DNA from: Candidatus Dojkabacteria bacterium
Lineage (GTDB): Bacteria; Patescibacteriota; Dojkabacteria; J137
Assembly: GCA_025993875.1 (NCBI GenBank)
Contig: JAMQHH010000013.1
Coordinates: 95,744 to 159,743, forward strand
Direction: 5' to 3'
Length of the DNA: 64,000 nt
Shown: positions 1-8,492 of the stretch, one piece after another
Position numbering within the stretch: the first letter of the stretch is position 1
Layout: every line of letters starts with the position of its first letter
The notes under the pieces: model-generated
The model's input: only the letters and a program-made list of their open reading frames with translations
Told to the model about the DNA's origin: nothing
The model's database searches: none
Program-made: the position numbers and the translations under genes

Positions 1-1757
1 TTCCAAATTGACTTACCGAATATTGGTTTTCCACATAAATTCTGGGATTAAAAAGATGAACTATGGGTAATTGATATTTGTTTGAAATATTAATCATTTC
101 GTTGAGATTATATTCGGCAACATCCCAACCCTCCCAGTCTTGCGTCCAAGTAACATAAAGCGGATAAGATAATTCAAATGATACTGAAGAACTCTGATAT
201 AATTGTACATCGTCTACAGAAAGCGATAAAACATTTGTAAAATATTTTCCAGGTTCCATGTTTAAAAGAATTTCACTTATATCAAAGCTGTTATTTTGGT
301 CTAATGTTATCTCTTTATTAATCTTTATCCGATTATCTAAATCTTTAATTATCATCAGATAATTATCTATTGATTGAATTAGAGCATCATCTCCCGAAAC
401 TGTGAAAATTGCATTGTCAAGTAATTTTGTGTTTTCGGGATTTTTTAAAACCCATTTGCGATTAATTGAAAGTTCTGTAGAAGCGGAACTTGATTTTAAA
501 TCGACAAGTCTATTAAATTGAGCATTGCCGGCAGGTATAGTTTTAAGAGAATTAATATTAAGATAAATAAAAGCACTTAAGCAGATTATTATTAAAATTA
601 CCACCAAAGAGTTTAAGGTTATGGTAGTTGTAATTTTAGTTTTAAATAATGTAATTCTTAGAAAGAAAGAAAGAAAAACCGGAATAATAAAAGTTAATAA
701 GATAACTGCGACAAATAATAACCCGAAATTGATTAAAGTGCCGGAAAAAAGATCGAAATTATATTGATTTTTAAGAAAAGTTAAAATATATAACAATAAA
801 AGGTGCCAGAATACATAATAAAGTGTGTTATTCCCAAGGTGATTAATTATTTTGGAAGTTTTTTTTGTAAACATGCCGGAAATGTTGTTGAAAAAAGCTC
901 TTTCAATAAGTAAGGAAGATAATACAATTAGGTTTGAAAAAATAAAACTTAGCACTAAAAATAAAACTGATGGCGGAAATCTAATAATGCTTAAGTTGTT
1001 TACTTCCTGTTTACCTGCAATGCTAACTACTGCAAAAATGGTTATTGTGATTGCTAGCACAAAAAAGTTTAAAAGAATTTTTTTTCTAGATAAAATTATT
1101 TTTTTTCCTAAATAAAGTCCAAGCAGTAAAAAAATTAAGTATTGAAATAATGGGAATGAGTGGCTTGTTTCATTAGAACTACCAAAAAGTAATACCTTTA
1201 TTGTGTTTAAAACAGGAGAGCTAACCGGCATAGCCGAAAAATAGCTCCCGATAAAGTAGAATAAAATTCCTACAAAAAGTGTTGCTAATAAGTTGTTAGA
1301 TAATAACTTAAAAAATTTTCTAAAAATAATAAAGATAGTGATTATTAAGACAAACGCTATTAAATATTCAGAAAATTCTGTGATTTTTTGAAGAGTGAGT
1401 ACTTCAGTTATCTGAGAAAAGATACCGGTTAATGGGTTGTTTTTTTGATTAACAAATAAAAAAAGATATAATATGGATATTAAAAAGTATTGGATTAAAA
1501 TTTCCAATACTTTTAAAAACTTCTTAATATACTGCTTATAGCTTAAATTTTTTGACAAGCTGAAGGCCGACCCAAGACCAAAAAGATATAAAAATGTGGT
1601 AAAGCAAGCTATACCACCTAAATCGCCTAAAATCCTACCTATTGATTTTTCGTTATCGGGTAGATTAAAAAAGATAATAAAATGAGTGGTTACCATCAGC
1701 AAAACTGTTATTATTTTGGCGATATCCAAAAACATTGATCTTTTTTTTAGCGGGTTT
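1..1757 (-). CDS. Membrane protein, partial (3' end runs off the window start). N-terminal multi-pass region resembles the acyltransferase-3 (OatA/OpgC-like) family. C-terminal extracytoplasmic domain is of unknown function
   Basis: Manual reverse-strand translation from the ATG at 1757 gives MDKINPLKKRSMFLDIAKIITVLLMVTTHFIIFF..., about 10 hydrophobic segments, then a soluble region (..LYVTWTQDWEGWDVAEYNLNEM..) with no stop before position 1. Absent from the ORF track, presumably because it is open at the window edge. The LDIAKIITVLLMVTTHF opening resembles AT3-family N-termini. Confidence 0.45.
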
Positions 1758-2241
1758 ATTTTATCCATTTATTATTTATTTACTTCACTCTAAAATTTTA
1801 TCATTAATTATTATTGGATGTTTGCTATAAATATAAAATTTTAGATGGGAATGGTGGGGCAAGGTTGATTAATAGAATATCTCGGTGTTGTATTTTTGCT
1901 TTTTGGTATACATCGAATCTTTTAAAATCAAACATAATAATAAAAATAAGTAATTGGAGAGGTATATGATTTATTATTCAATTAAACCAATACATTGCAA
2001 TACAAAATTTGCAAGAAATTTATAAAATCAAATATTTTTTAAACTTAATACTTTTTCTGCGGTAGGCAGGCAAACTTTTCACTTAAAATTTTACGGTGAG
2101 TGGTGTTCTTTTACCACGAACTACTCTACTGCGGAATTTATTTGAGTTTCTTGCTAGTTGATGTTGATAAAGATATAAGAAGACTAGGCACCAATAAATG
2201 AATCCTTATTGCTATAATCTATATTAGTTAATACTCTAATT

Positions 2242-3153
2242 ATGTCAAAAATTCTAGTGATAGCAGATATTTATGCAGAAACTCAATATTTTGTAGATAG
2301 CATTCCCTTGGAGAATCAAGTCGCCATTGCACTTCAAGTTACAAATACTATTGGAAGTAAAACACTAAATGCCTCAAGAGTATTAGCAAAATTAGGGAAT
2401 GATGTTTTTTTATTCGGAAAGATAGGTTCAGATCAAAATGGCTCAATCGCATTAGAAACGATTAAGGATAAGTATAATTTAAACCCAGACTTTATATATA
2501 ACGTAAAGAATTCATCTACAGGACAACTAGTTGTAATTACAAATAATAATGGTAAGAGTTCAATTACTATTCAATTCGGTGCCAATAAGTTAGTTAATGA
2601 AGAAGATATAGATCATATATCTAAGTACTTAAGTGGCTTTGATATGGTTTACAGTGCTACAAATCTAACTTTACCTCTTTTATATAAACTTGTTGATAAA
2701 TGTAATAATTTTAAAGTTCCTATTTTTATTGATGTTCCCAACCAACAAAAGGAAATTGATCTCAAAAAGCTAAATAATACTACGTTTATCGCGCCTAATA
2801 GGCAGGAGGCAGAATTATTATTAGGTATAGAAATTCAATCTGTTGAAGATGCTAAATCTGCTTGTATTCAAATAAGAGAAAATTTTATTGGTAATATTAT
2901 AATTACTTTAGATGAAGACGGATGTGTTGTTTTAGAGAAAGAGAAATTAGAAGTAGATTATTATGCTGCAAGTAAACAAACGACTGTTGATTCAACTGGC
3001 GCTGGAGATATCTTTAGAGCAGTATTTGTTTCTGAATACTTAAATACCTCCAATATATCCAGATCTATACAAAAGGCACAGTTAATTGCTTCTAAGTCTG
3101 TAAAAATCAAAGGTGTAGAAAATACAATAAATAATTTAGATGTAAAGCTTTAA
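2242..3153 (+). CDS. PfkB-family carbohydrate kinase (ribokinase-like)
   Basis: 303 aa. The C-terminal DSTGAGDIFRAVFV matches the PfkB signature 2 (DTxGAGD). Ribokinase-like fold organisation. Confidence 0.75.
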   Translation: MSKILVIADIYAETQYFVDSIPLENQVAIALQVTNTIGSKTLNASRVLAKLGNDVFLFGKIGSDQNGSIALETIKDKYNLNPDFIYNVKNSSTGQLVVITNNNGKSSITIQFGANKLVNEEDIDHISKYLSGFDMVYSATNLTLPLLYKLVDKCNNFKVPIFIDVPNQQKEIDLKKLNNTTFIAPNRQEAELLLGIEIQSVEDAKSACIQIRENFIGNIIITLDEDGCVVLEKEKLEVDYYAASKQTTVDSTGAGDIFRAVFVSEYLNTSNISRSIQKAQLIASKSVKIKGVENTINNLDVKL

Positions 3154-3167
3154 GGTAAGAAATTAAT

Positions 3168-3243
3168 TGGTGCCAGGGGCCGGACTTGAACCGGCGACAC
3201 CACGATTTTCAGTCGTGTGCTCTACCAGCTGAGCTACCCTAGC
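3168..3243 (-). tRNA. tRNA-Phe (anticodon GAA), CCA encoded
   Basis: Reverse complement reads GCTAGGGTAGCTCAGCTGGTAGAGCACACGACTGAAAATCGTGGTGTCGCCGGTTCAAGTCCGGCCCCTGGCACCA. Cloverleaf is consistent, with anticodon loop CTGAAAA. Confidence 0.9.
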
Positions 3244-3391
3244 AAAAATCATTTCAGTATAAATTGTTAAAAAACCAAAAGTCAGCTGCCTGTTTTTGAT
3301 TCATCTAAAGCTGTAACGGAAAAAGGTTGGCTTTAACGTGATAATTATAATCGAAGTAGGATATAATGTAAAAGATTTTTAAACAATAGTT

Positions 3392-4048
3392 TTGAGCAAA
3401 AAAGATTATCAAAATCAAGTTCTTAAAATTCTAAAAAGTGAATTTCCCGAGGTTAAAACACCCCTTAAACATAACTCGGCTTTTCAACTTTTGGTTGCGA
3501 CAGTTCTTTCGCCTCAAACTTTAGACAGTACAACCAATAAGGTTACTCCGGCAATTTTTAAAAAGTATCCTAATCCCAAATTACTGGCAAATGCAAACCT
3601 GGACCAACTGGAAAATGAGATAAAAATTGTCAATTACTATAAAACAAAGGCTAAAAATCTTAAAAAAATGGCTCAAATTCTTTTGCAAAAATTTAACGGA
3701 GTTGTGCCTTCAAACTTAAATAATTTAATTGAACTGCCCGGTGTAGGTAGAAAAGTTGCTAATGTAATTATCTCAGAGTGGTTTTTTAAAACCCAAAATA
3801 TCGAACCCGAGGGCATTGTAGTGGATACACACGTAAAGCGGGTATCTTTTAGACTCGGTTTAACAAAAGAAACCGATCCGTATAAAGTAGAAAAAGACTT
3901 AAACAAACAGTTTCCTAAAAACGAATGGGCGGACCTTTCTTTAAGATTTATTTTTCATGGTCGTAAAACATGCAAAGCAAAAAATCCTTTGTGTAGCAGT
4001 TGTCCGCTAAAAAATATTTGTCCCCAAAAAGGTTTAAAGCGCCAATAA
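3392..4048 (+). CDS. nth: Endonuclease III (DNA glycosylase/AP lyase), TTG start
   Basis: HhH-GPD motif LPGVGRKVANVI. C-terminal 4Fe-4S cluster loop CKAKNPLCSSCPLKNIC. 218 aa. Confidence 0.85.
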   Translation: MSKKDYQNQVLKILKSEFPEVKTPLKHNSAFQLLVATVLSPQTLDSTTNKVTPAIFKKYPNPKLLANANLDQLENEIKIVNYYKTKAKNLKKMAQILLQKFNGVVPSNLNNLIELPGVGRKVANVIISEWFFKTQNIEPEGIVVDTHVKRVSFRLGLTKETDPYKVEKDLNKQFPKNEWADLSLRFIFHGRKTCKAKNPLCSSCPLKNICPQKGLKRQ

Positions 4049-4089
4049 TTATAGAACAACCAATACTTTTTTCCTGATATAATTAGTTT

Positions 4090-5316
4090 ATGAATTTTCA
4101 GCTAAACTCAAAATTTGCTCCAGGCGGAGATCAGCCTCAGGCAATTGACTTGTTAACCCTTGGGTTGCAAAACGGTTTAAAGCATCAAACACTTATTGGT
4201 GCAACCGGCACCGGAAAGACATTTACAATGGCCAATGTGATTGTTAACTATAATCGACCTACCCTTGTACTGGCTCACAATAAAACATTGGCGGCACAAC
4301 TTTTTGCCGAGTTTAAAGAGTTTTTTCCAACAAATTCGGTGGAATATTTTGTAAGTTATTACGATTATTATCAGCCCGAAGCATATGTACCGCAACGCGA
4401 TTTGTATATAGAAAAAGATTCGGATATAAACGAAGTTATTGAAAGATATAGAAATTCGGCAACAATGGCTTTACTTTCCAGAAGAGATGTAATTATTGTA
4501 TCTACTGTAAGCTGTATTTATGGACTGGGAAACCCTGATTCGTATACCGAACTAAGCATTAAATTAAAAACGGGAATTGAATTTAAAAGAGATAAGCTTT
4601 TGGCACGGTTAAGAGATATGCAGTACGAAAGAACATCAAACGATTTTTTAATTGGTACGTTTAGGGTTAGAGGAGAACTTGTGGATGTCAATTTACCCAC
4701 ATCCGAAGATATTGGCGTAAGGATAGAATTTTTTGGCGATAACATCGAAACCATAAAATTAATAAATCCGATAAGTGGTGAACTTATCGGCAAAGTAGAT
4801 GAATATACAATTTTTCCCGCAAAACAATATGTTAGTACAACCGAAAATATTACAGGCACAATTGGGGTAATTAGAGACGATCTTGAAATAGAAAAAAAAG
4901 AGTTTGAGTCCAGAGGTAAAATGTTCGAAGCAGCGAGGTTAAATCAGAGAGTTAATTACGATTTGGAGATGCTTACAGAAACAGGTTACTGTAAGGGAAT
5001 TGAAAACTATTCCCGTTATTTGGACCATCGCAATCCGGGAACCCCGCCCTCTACTCTTTTAGATTATTTTTCGGACGATTATTTAATGTTTATAGACGAA
5101 TCTCATATCTCTGTTCCTCAGGTTAGAGGAATGTATAATGGTGATTTTGCCCGAAAACAAAATTTAGTAGATTACGGCTTTAGAATGAAATCGGCAATGG
5201 ATAACAGACCATTAAAATTTGAGGAATTTGAGCAAAGATTAAACCAGGTAATTTATACATCTGCAACCCCTGCGGAGTGGGAGATTGAAAAAAGCAAAGA
5301 GTCTGCAAGGCATTAA
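4090..5316 (+). CDS. uvrB: UvrB excinuclease subunit, N-terminal about 410 aa only. Helicase domain 3 and the UvrC-interacting C-terminal domain are absent
   Basis: Typical UvrB N-terminus (FQLNSKFAPGGDQPQAI, Walker A GATGTGKTF). The ORF ends right after the conserved YTSATP segment (..IYTSATPAEWEIEKSKESARH*), where full-length UvrB continues for about 250 aa. Confidence 0.8.
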   Translation: MNFQLNSKFAPGGDQPQAIDLLTLGLQNGLKHQTLIGATGTGKTFTMANVIVNYNRPTLVLAHNKTLAAQLFAEFKEFFPTNSVEYFVSYYDYYQPEAYVPQRDLYIEKDSDINEVIERYRNSATMALLSRRDVIIVSTVSCIYGLGNPDSYTELSIKLKTGIEFKRDKLLARLRDMQYERTSNDFLIGTFRVRGELVDVNLPTSEDIGVRIEFFGDNIETIKLINPISGELIGKVDEYTIFPAKQYVSTTENITGTIGVIRDDLEIEKKEFESRGKMFEAARLNQRVNYDLEMLTETGYCKGIENYSRYLDHRNPGTPPSTLLDYFSDDYLMFIDESHISVPQVRGMYNGDFARKQNLVDYGFRMKSAMDNRPLKFEEFEQRLNQVIYTSATPAEWEIEKSKESARH

Positions 5317-5338
5317 CTTAATTGATTACTTTTTTATG

Positions 5339-5800
5339 TCGAATAATACTTTCGACCATCTAAAGAAAAAAGCTGAGATGGCTCCGAAATTTCCTAAATA
5401 TTTAACAGATTCAAGCTGGCAGGAGTCTGAATCTCCAATAAAAAGATACCAAAATATTTTGGATAAACAGGAAAAAGTACTAATTGATTGGGTTCACGAG
5501 CCACTTGAATATATTGATGGTTTGCCAGAAATAAATAAAGATGGCCAAGGAAGCAAGATAGCTCTAAACGAAAGGGAAAAAGTAATTATTAACAGGTTAA
5601 GAGTTTTAAGAAGTGATCCGAGAGTTAGTGTTGAAGAAATTATAGATGATTTACATACAGGTAGTAAAGAATTTTATAGAGGGAAGATTGTAATAATTGG
5701 CGGTGGGATTGAAGATGTATGTTGTGAACAAAGATATTTATATCTTAGAGAGATTGGAGCTATACCTGTAATTGATTTAGCGTTAACAACGAGGTATTAA
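5339..5800 (+). CDS. Hypothetical protein (not a UvrB continuation)
   Basis: ORF 5285-5800. The internal Met at 5339 is the likelier start. No recognisable UvrB C-terminal motifs in any frame. Confidence 0.3.
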   Translation, partial: SNNTFDHLKKKAEMAPKFPKYLTDSSWQESESPIKRYQNILDKQEKVLIDWVHEPLEYIDGLPEINKDGQGSKIALNEREKVIINRLRVLRSDPRVSVEEIIDDLHTGSKEFYRGKIVIIGGGIEDVCCEQRYLYLREIGAIPVIDLALTTRY

Positions 5801-5801
5801 A

Positions 5802-6782
5802 TTAAGCAGATCGAAGTAAGTTCTCCAACTCTCCTAATAAACTATCGTAAACCGCTTTATCTTCGTTATCGTAATTTTGCAACATGTCCTCTAGACGTAC
5901 AAATGTGTGATACTTTGCTGAAATACTCTCTATAAATCCAGGCAAACTGTAACCAAGATCAGTAAACCCTTCTAAATTAAGAGCTTTGTTTTTGCTATTT
6001 AAACAAAACGGATAAAATCCAAAATAGATCCAAAATTTTAGCAGTGCCAGACACCATCTCATGGAAATAGATTCTTGCTTAAAAGGATCTGTTAACTTTT
6101 TACCTTCAAAATTCGGCGGGAAAGCAGTAATGTAAGATCCAACATCTCTATCTGTACTTGTTCCTACGCTTTCCTCTTGGCCTGCTTTATTTTTAAATTT
6201 TATCTGACAAAGTCCTGGATCAATAAATACTACCTCAAATTGTGAACCACTTCTTTTGATCTGAAAATTGCTTCCTTTTAAGTCGCGTGTGGCAACGCCT
6301 TTTTTTATCATCTCAAGCACATATTTCTCTATTGCCATTAGCACTAAGTTTTTTTCTTCTTTGCTGTTAAACTGGAATCTATCGAGAGCGGTGTATTCTT
6401 TTAGATATTCTAGGGCTATACCAATCTCTTCCGGAATATCTGTCCCGGTTTCTGCTCTAACATCTGGAATAAATGTTGCTTTATCTTTAAGAGTAGGATC
6501 AAAGGTTACTATACCAATAACATTAATTGTTCTAACACTAACTTTCTCGCCTTCGACTACAGAAATATTTTGTAACAGTTTTAATGCTAACATTTCGACC
6601 TGCGCTTTTACAGAGTATTCACTTTCTGTTTGGAATTTGAATTTTCGAGGCACTTTTAAAACCAACTCCACGCCACCGGCGCTTTCTTTTAAAATATAAA
6701 ACCATGCTGAAGATCCAGCATCCGTAAACTCAACCTTAGAAATAATAAATTTCGGTGTATTCGGGAGCTCTCTAGGATTCAT
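5802..6782 (-). CDS. Atypical protein-kinase-fold protein (ePK-like catalytic loop xRDLKxxN and DFG-like IDPG). Paralog of 7227-8228
   Basis: 326 aa. ..KKGVATRDLKGSNFQIKRSGSQFEVVFIDPGL.. aligns with ePK HRDLKPxN...DFG spacing. The shared C-terminal motif MRWCLALLKFWIYFGFYPF is also in the paralog. Confidence 0.45.
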   Translation of the reverse strand: MNPRELPNTPKFIISKVEFTDAGSSAWFYILKESAGGVELVLKVPRKFKFQTESEYSVKAQVEMLALKLLQNISVVEGEKVSVRTINVIGIVTFDPTLKDKATFIPDVRAETGTDIPEEIGIALEYLKEYTALDRFQFNSKEEKNLVLMAIEKYVLEMIKKGVATRDLKGSNFQIKRSGSQFEVVFIDPGLCQIKFKNKAGQEESVGTSTDRDVGSYITAFPPNFEGKKLTDPFKQESISMRWCLALLKFWIYFGFYPFCLNSKNKALNLEGFTDLGYSLPGFIESISAKYHTFVRLEDMLQNYDNEDKAVYDSLLGELENLLRSA

Positions 6783-7065
6783 GGGATATTATTGTATTAT
6801 CAAATTCTAAAAGAATAACTTGTTTGTTTGCCATATTAAAGGCAAACTTTAGTTCAACTTTTGTTGATGGTGAAGTCTCTTTTATTTTAGGCCATTCATT
6901 TGTTACAAAAGAGATAAGCTCAAAACTTTGTTCGGGATTTTTTTCTATCAAACTTAGTAATTGTTTAAATCTGGATAGCGCCTCATCTTTATTGTGACTT
7001 TGGTTAAGCATTTCTAAGCATTCTTTTATTACAGCATATCTCTTTAGTTCAGGTCTTTGAGGCAT
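6772..7065 (-). CDS. Hypothetical small protein (97 aa), overlaps the start of the downstream kinase-fold gene by 11 nt
   Basis: ORF geometry only. Confidence 0.3.
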   Translation of the reverse strand: MPQRPELKRYAVIKECLEMLNQSHNKDEALSRFKQLLSLIEKNPEQSFELISFVTNEWPKIKETSPSTKVELKFAFNMANKQVILLEFDNTIISHES

Positions 7066-7226
7066 AGATTTTAATTTAAGATTTTCATTTACAGTCTATC
7101 ATTTATATTTAAATACTGCATTAGGGTTAATTTTATTGCATATTGGTTTGCAAGGAAAGTTTGCTCTGTTTAATTAAACTCTCCACTAAGCCAGCAGAAT
7201 ATTTATTATCAGAGAGTTATGTCATG

Positions 7227-8228
7227 TTATTCTATACTTATATTATATTTCTTTAACAAATCTAAAAGTTTTTCACAAATTGCTTTATAGAGTTCGTTGA
7301 ATTCATTTCCGTGAGGTAGCGGTACTTCTGCAAAAGTTGCATTGCCACTTAATATAGCATCACTTATTTTCTCAAATTTATCTTCTAGTTCTCGAGGTGA
7401 TATTCTTCTGCTAAAAAATTCTTCCATTGTAATTTCATTATTTCCTATATTAAATGGATATTTTTTAAAAATAATTAAAAATGCTAAGATAAGTGCTCCC
7501 CATCTCATGGAGTCCGCTTCCAGTTCAAAAGATATGCGAAGCCTTTTTAACAAATTATCCATCATAATCGGAAATCTTGTTGGAAAAGTACCTGCAACAT
7601 TTTCTGCTCCAAAACATGTGTATAAATTATTATTAAATTGAATTGTTCCAATATTGGCATCTAAAATTACACACTCCAAAAAACCATTTTTTAATCTTAA
7701 TCTAACATTATCAAACTTGAAATCTCTTGTTGCAAATCCTTTTTGAATGATTTCTTCGGTAAATTGAACTAAGCAAGAAAGAAAATTTAAAGCCATTGAA
7801 GGATCGGTTAAAGGTGAATTTTCTCGCATATGTGTGTGGATTGCCCAAAATCCATCTGGTAATTTTTCTGTTAATATTGCATGGTAAGTAGCATTTTGAA
7901 AAACTACATCTCCATGCCATAAAAGGTTTATTGGGACAATCTCAACATTTAATTCAGTTTTTCTTACTGATGAAATTAACTGAAGGGCTAAGGCTTCAAA
8001 TTCTTGCATAGTTAAAATTGAAGTATTTATTACCTCAGATCTTATAGGATATTTATCAATTTTTAAGAAGAAAGTTTTTTTTGGTTCAGTAGTACTTTCT
8101 AACTCAAAGATTTGGGATAATCCTCCCTGTGTGCCGGACAGACCCGTCACATTATACTGAACATTCCCTAAAGTTAAACTTCGATTAACAACAATTTCAA
8201 CCGTTTGGAGCTTTTCACTTTCACTCAT
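7227..8228 (-). CDS. Atypical protein-kinase-fold protein, paralog of 5802-6782
   Basis: 333 aa. ..QKGFATRDFKFDNVRLRLKNGFLECVILDANIG.. and C-terminal MRWGALILAFLIIFKKYPF. Same architecture as the 326-aa paralog. Confidence 0.45.
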   Translation of the reverse strand: MSESEKLQTVEIVVNRSLTLGNVQYNVTGLSGTQGGLSQIFELESTTEPKKTFFLKIDKYPIRSEVINTSILTMQEFEALALQLISSVRKTELNVEIVPINLLWHGDVVFQNATYHAILTEKLPDGFWAIHTHMRENSPLTDPSMALNFLSCLVQFTEEIIQKGFATRDFKFDNVRLRLKNGFLECVILDANIGTIQFNNNLYTCFGAENVAGTFPTRFPIMMDNLLKRLRISFELEADSMRWGALILAFLIIFKKYPFNIGNNEITMEEFFSRRISPRELEDKFEKISDAILSGNATFAEVPLPHGNEFNELYKAICEKLLDLLKKYNISIE

Positions 8229-8231
8229 AAA

Positions 8232-8474
8232 TTATTGTTCAAAATTTATGGATAAAGTGTATTTTATTTCAGTTACAGTATCTCTGATTGTTAAAAACCA
8301 ATCATTTGGATTAATACCTCTTGTTAAAACTATTGCAAACCGATCTGTAGAATTTTTAGATATACATTTATTTATTTCCTCTAAATTTCTGAAAGTTATC
8401 ACTTGATTTGAAATCGTAGAACTATCAGTTATTTGTCGAAGCACATTTTCTAATGCTGAACAGTTAGTTGACAT
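8232..8474 (-). CDS. Hypothetical small protein (80 aa), 3 nt upstream of the kinase-fold gene
   Basis: ORF geometry only. Confidence 0.3.
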   Translation of the reverse strand: MSTNCSALENVLRQITDSSTISNQVITFRNLEEINKCISKNSTDRFAIVLTRGINPNDWFLTIRDTVTEIKYTLSINFEQ

Positions 8475-8492
8475 ATTAATTTAATAATGTTT

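Noticed and set aside
852-1115. 87-aa plus-strand ORF from the track
   Set aside because: Lies entirely antisense within the long minus-strand membrane-protein ORF (1-1757). Hydrophobic mirror-frame artefact typical of AT-rich membrane genes.
5285-5800. Possibility that this ORF is the frameshifted C-terminal half of UvrB
   Set aside because: None of the three forward frames encodes UvrB domain 3/4 motifs (LVTTLTK, DADKEGFLRS, ERV..). The protein is unrelated.
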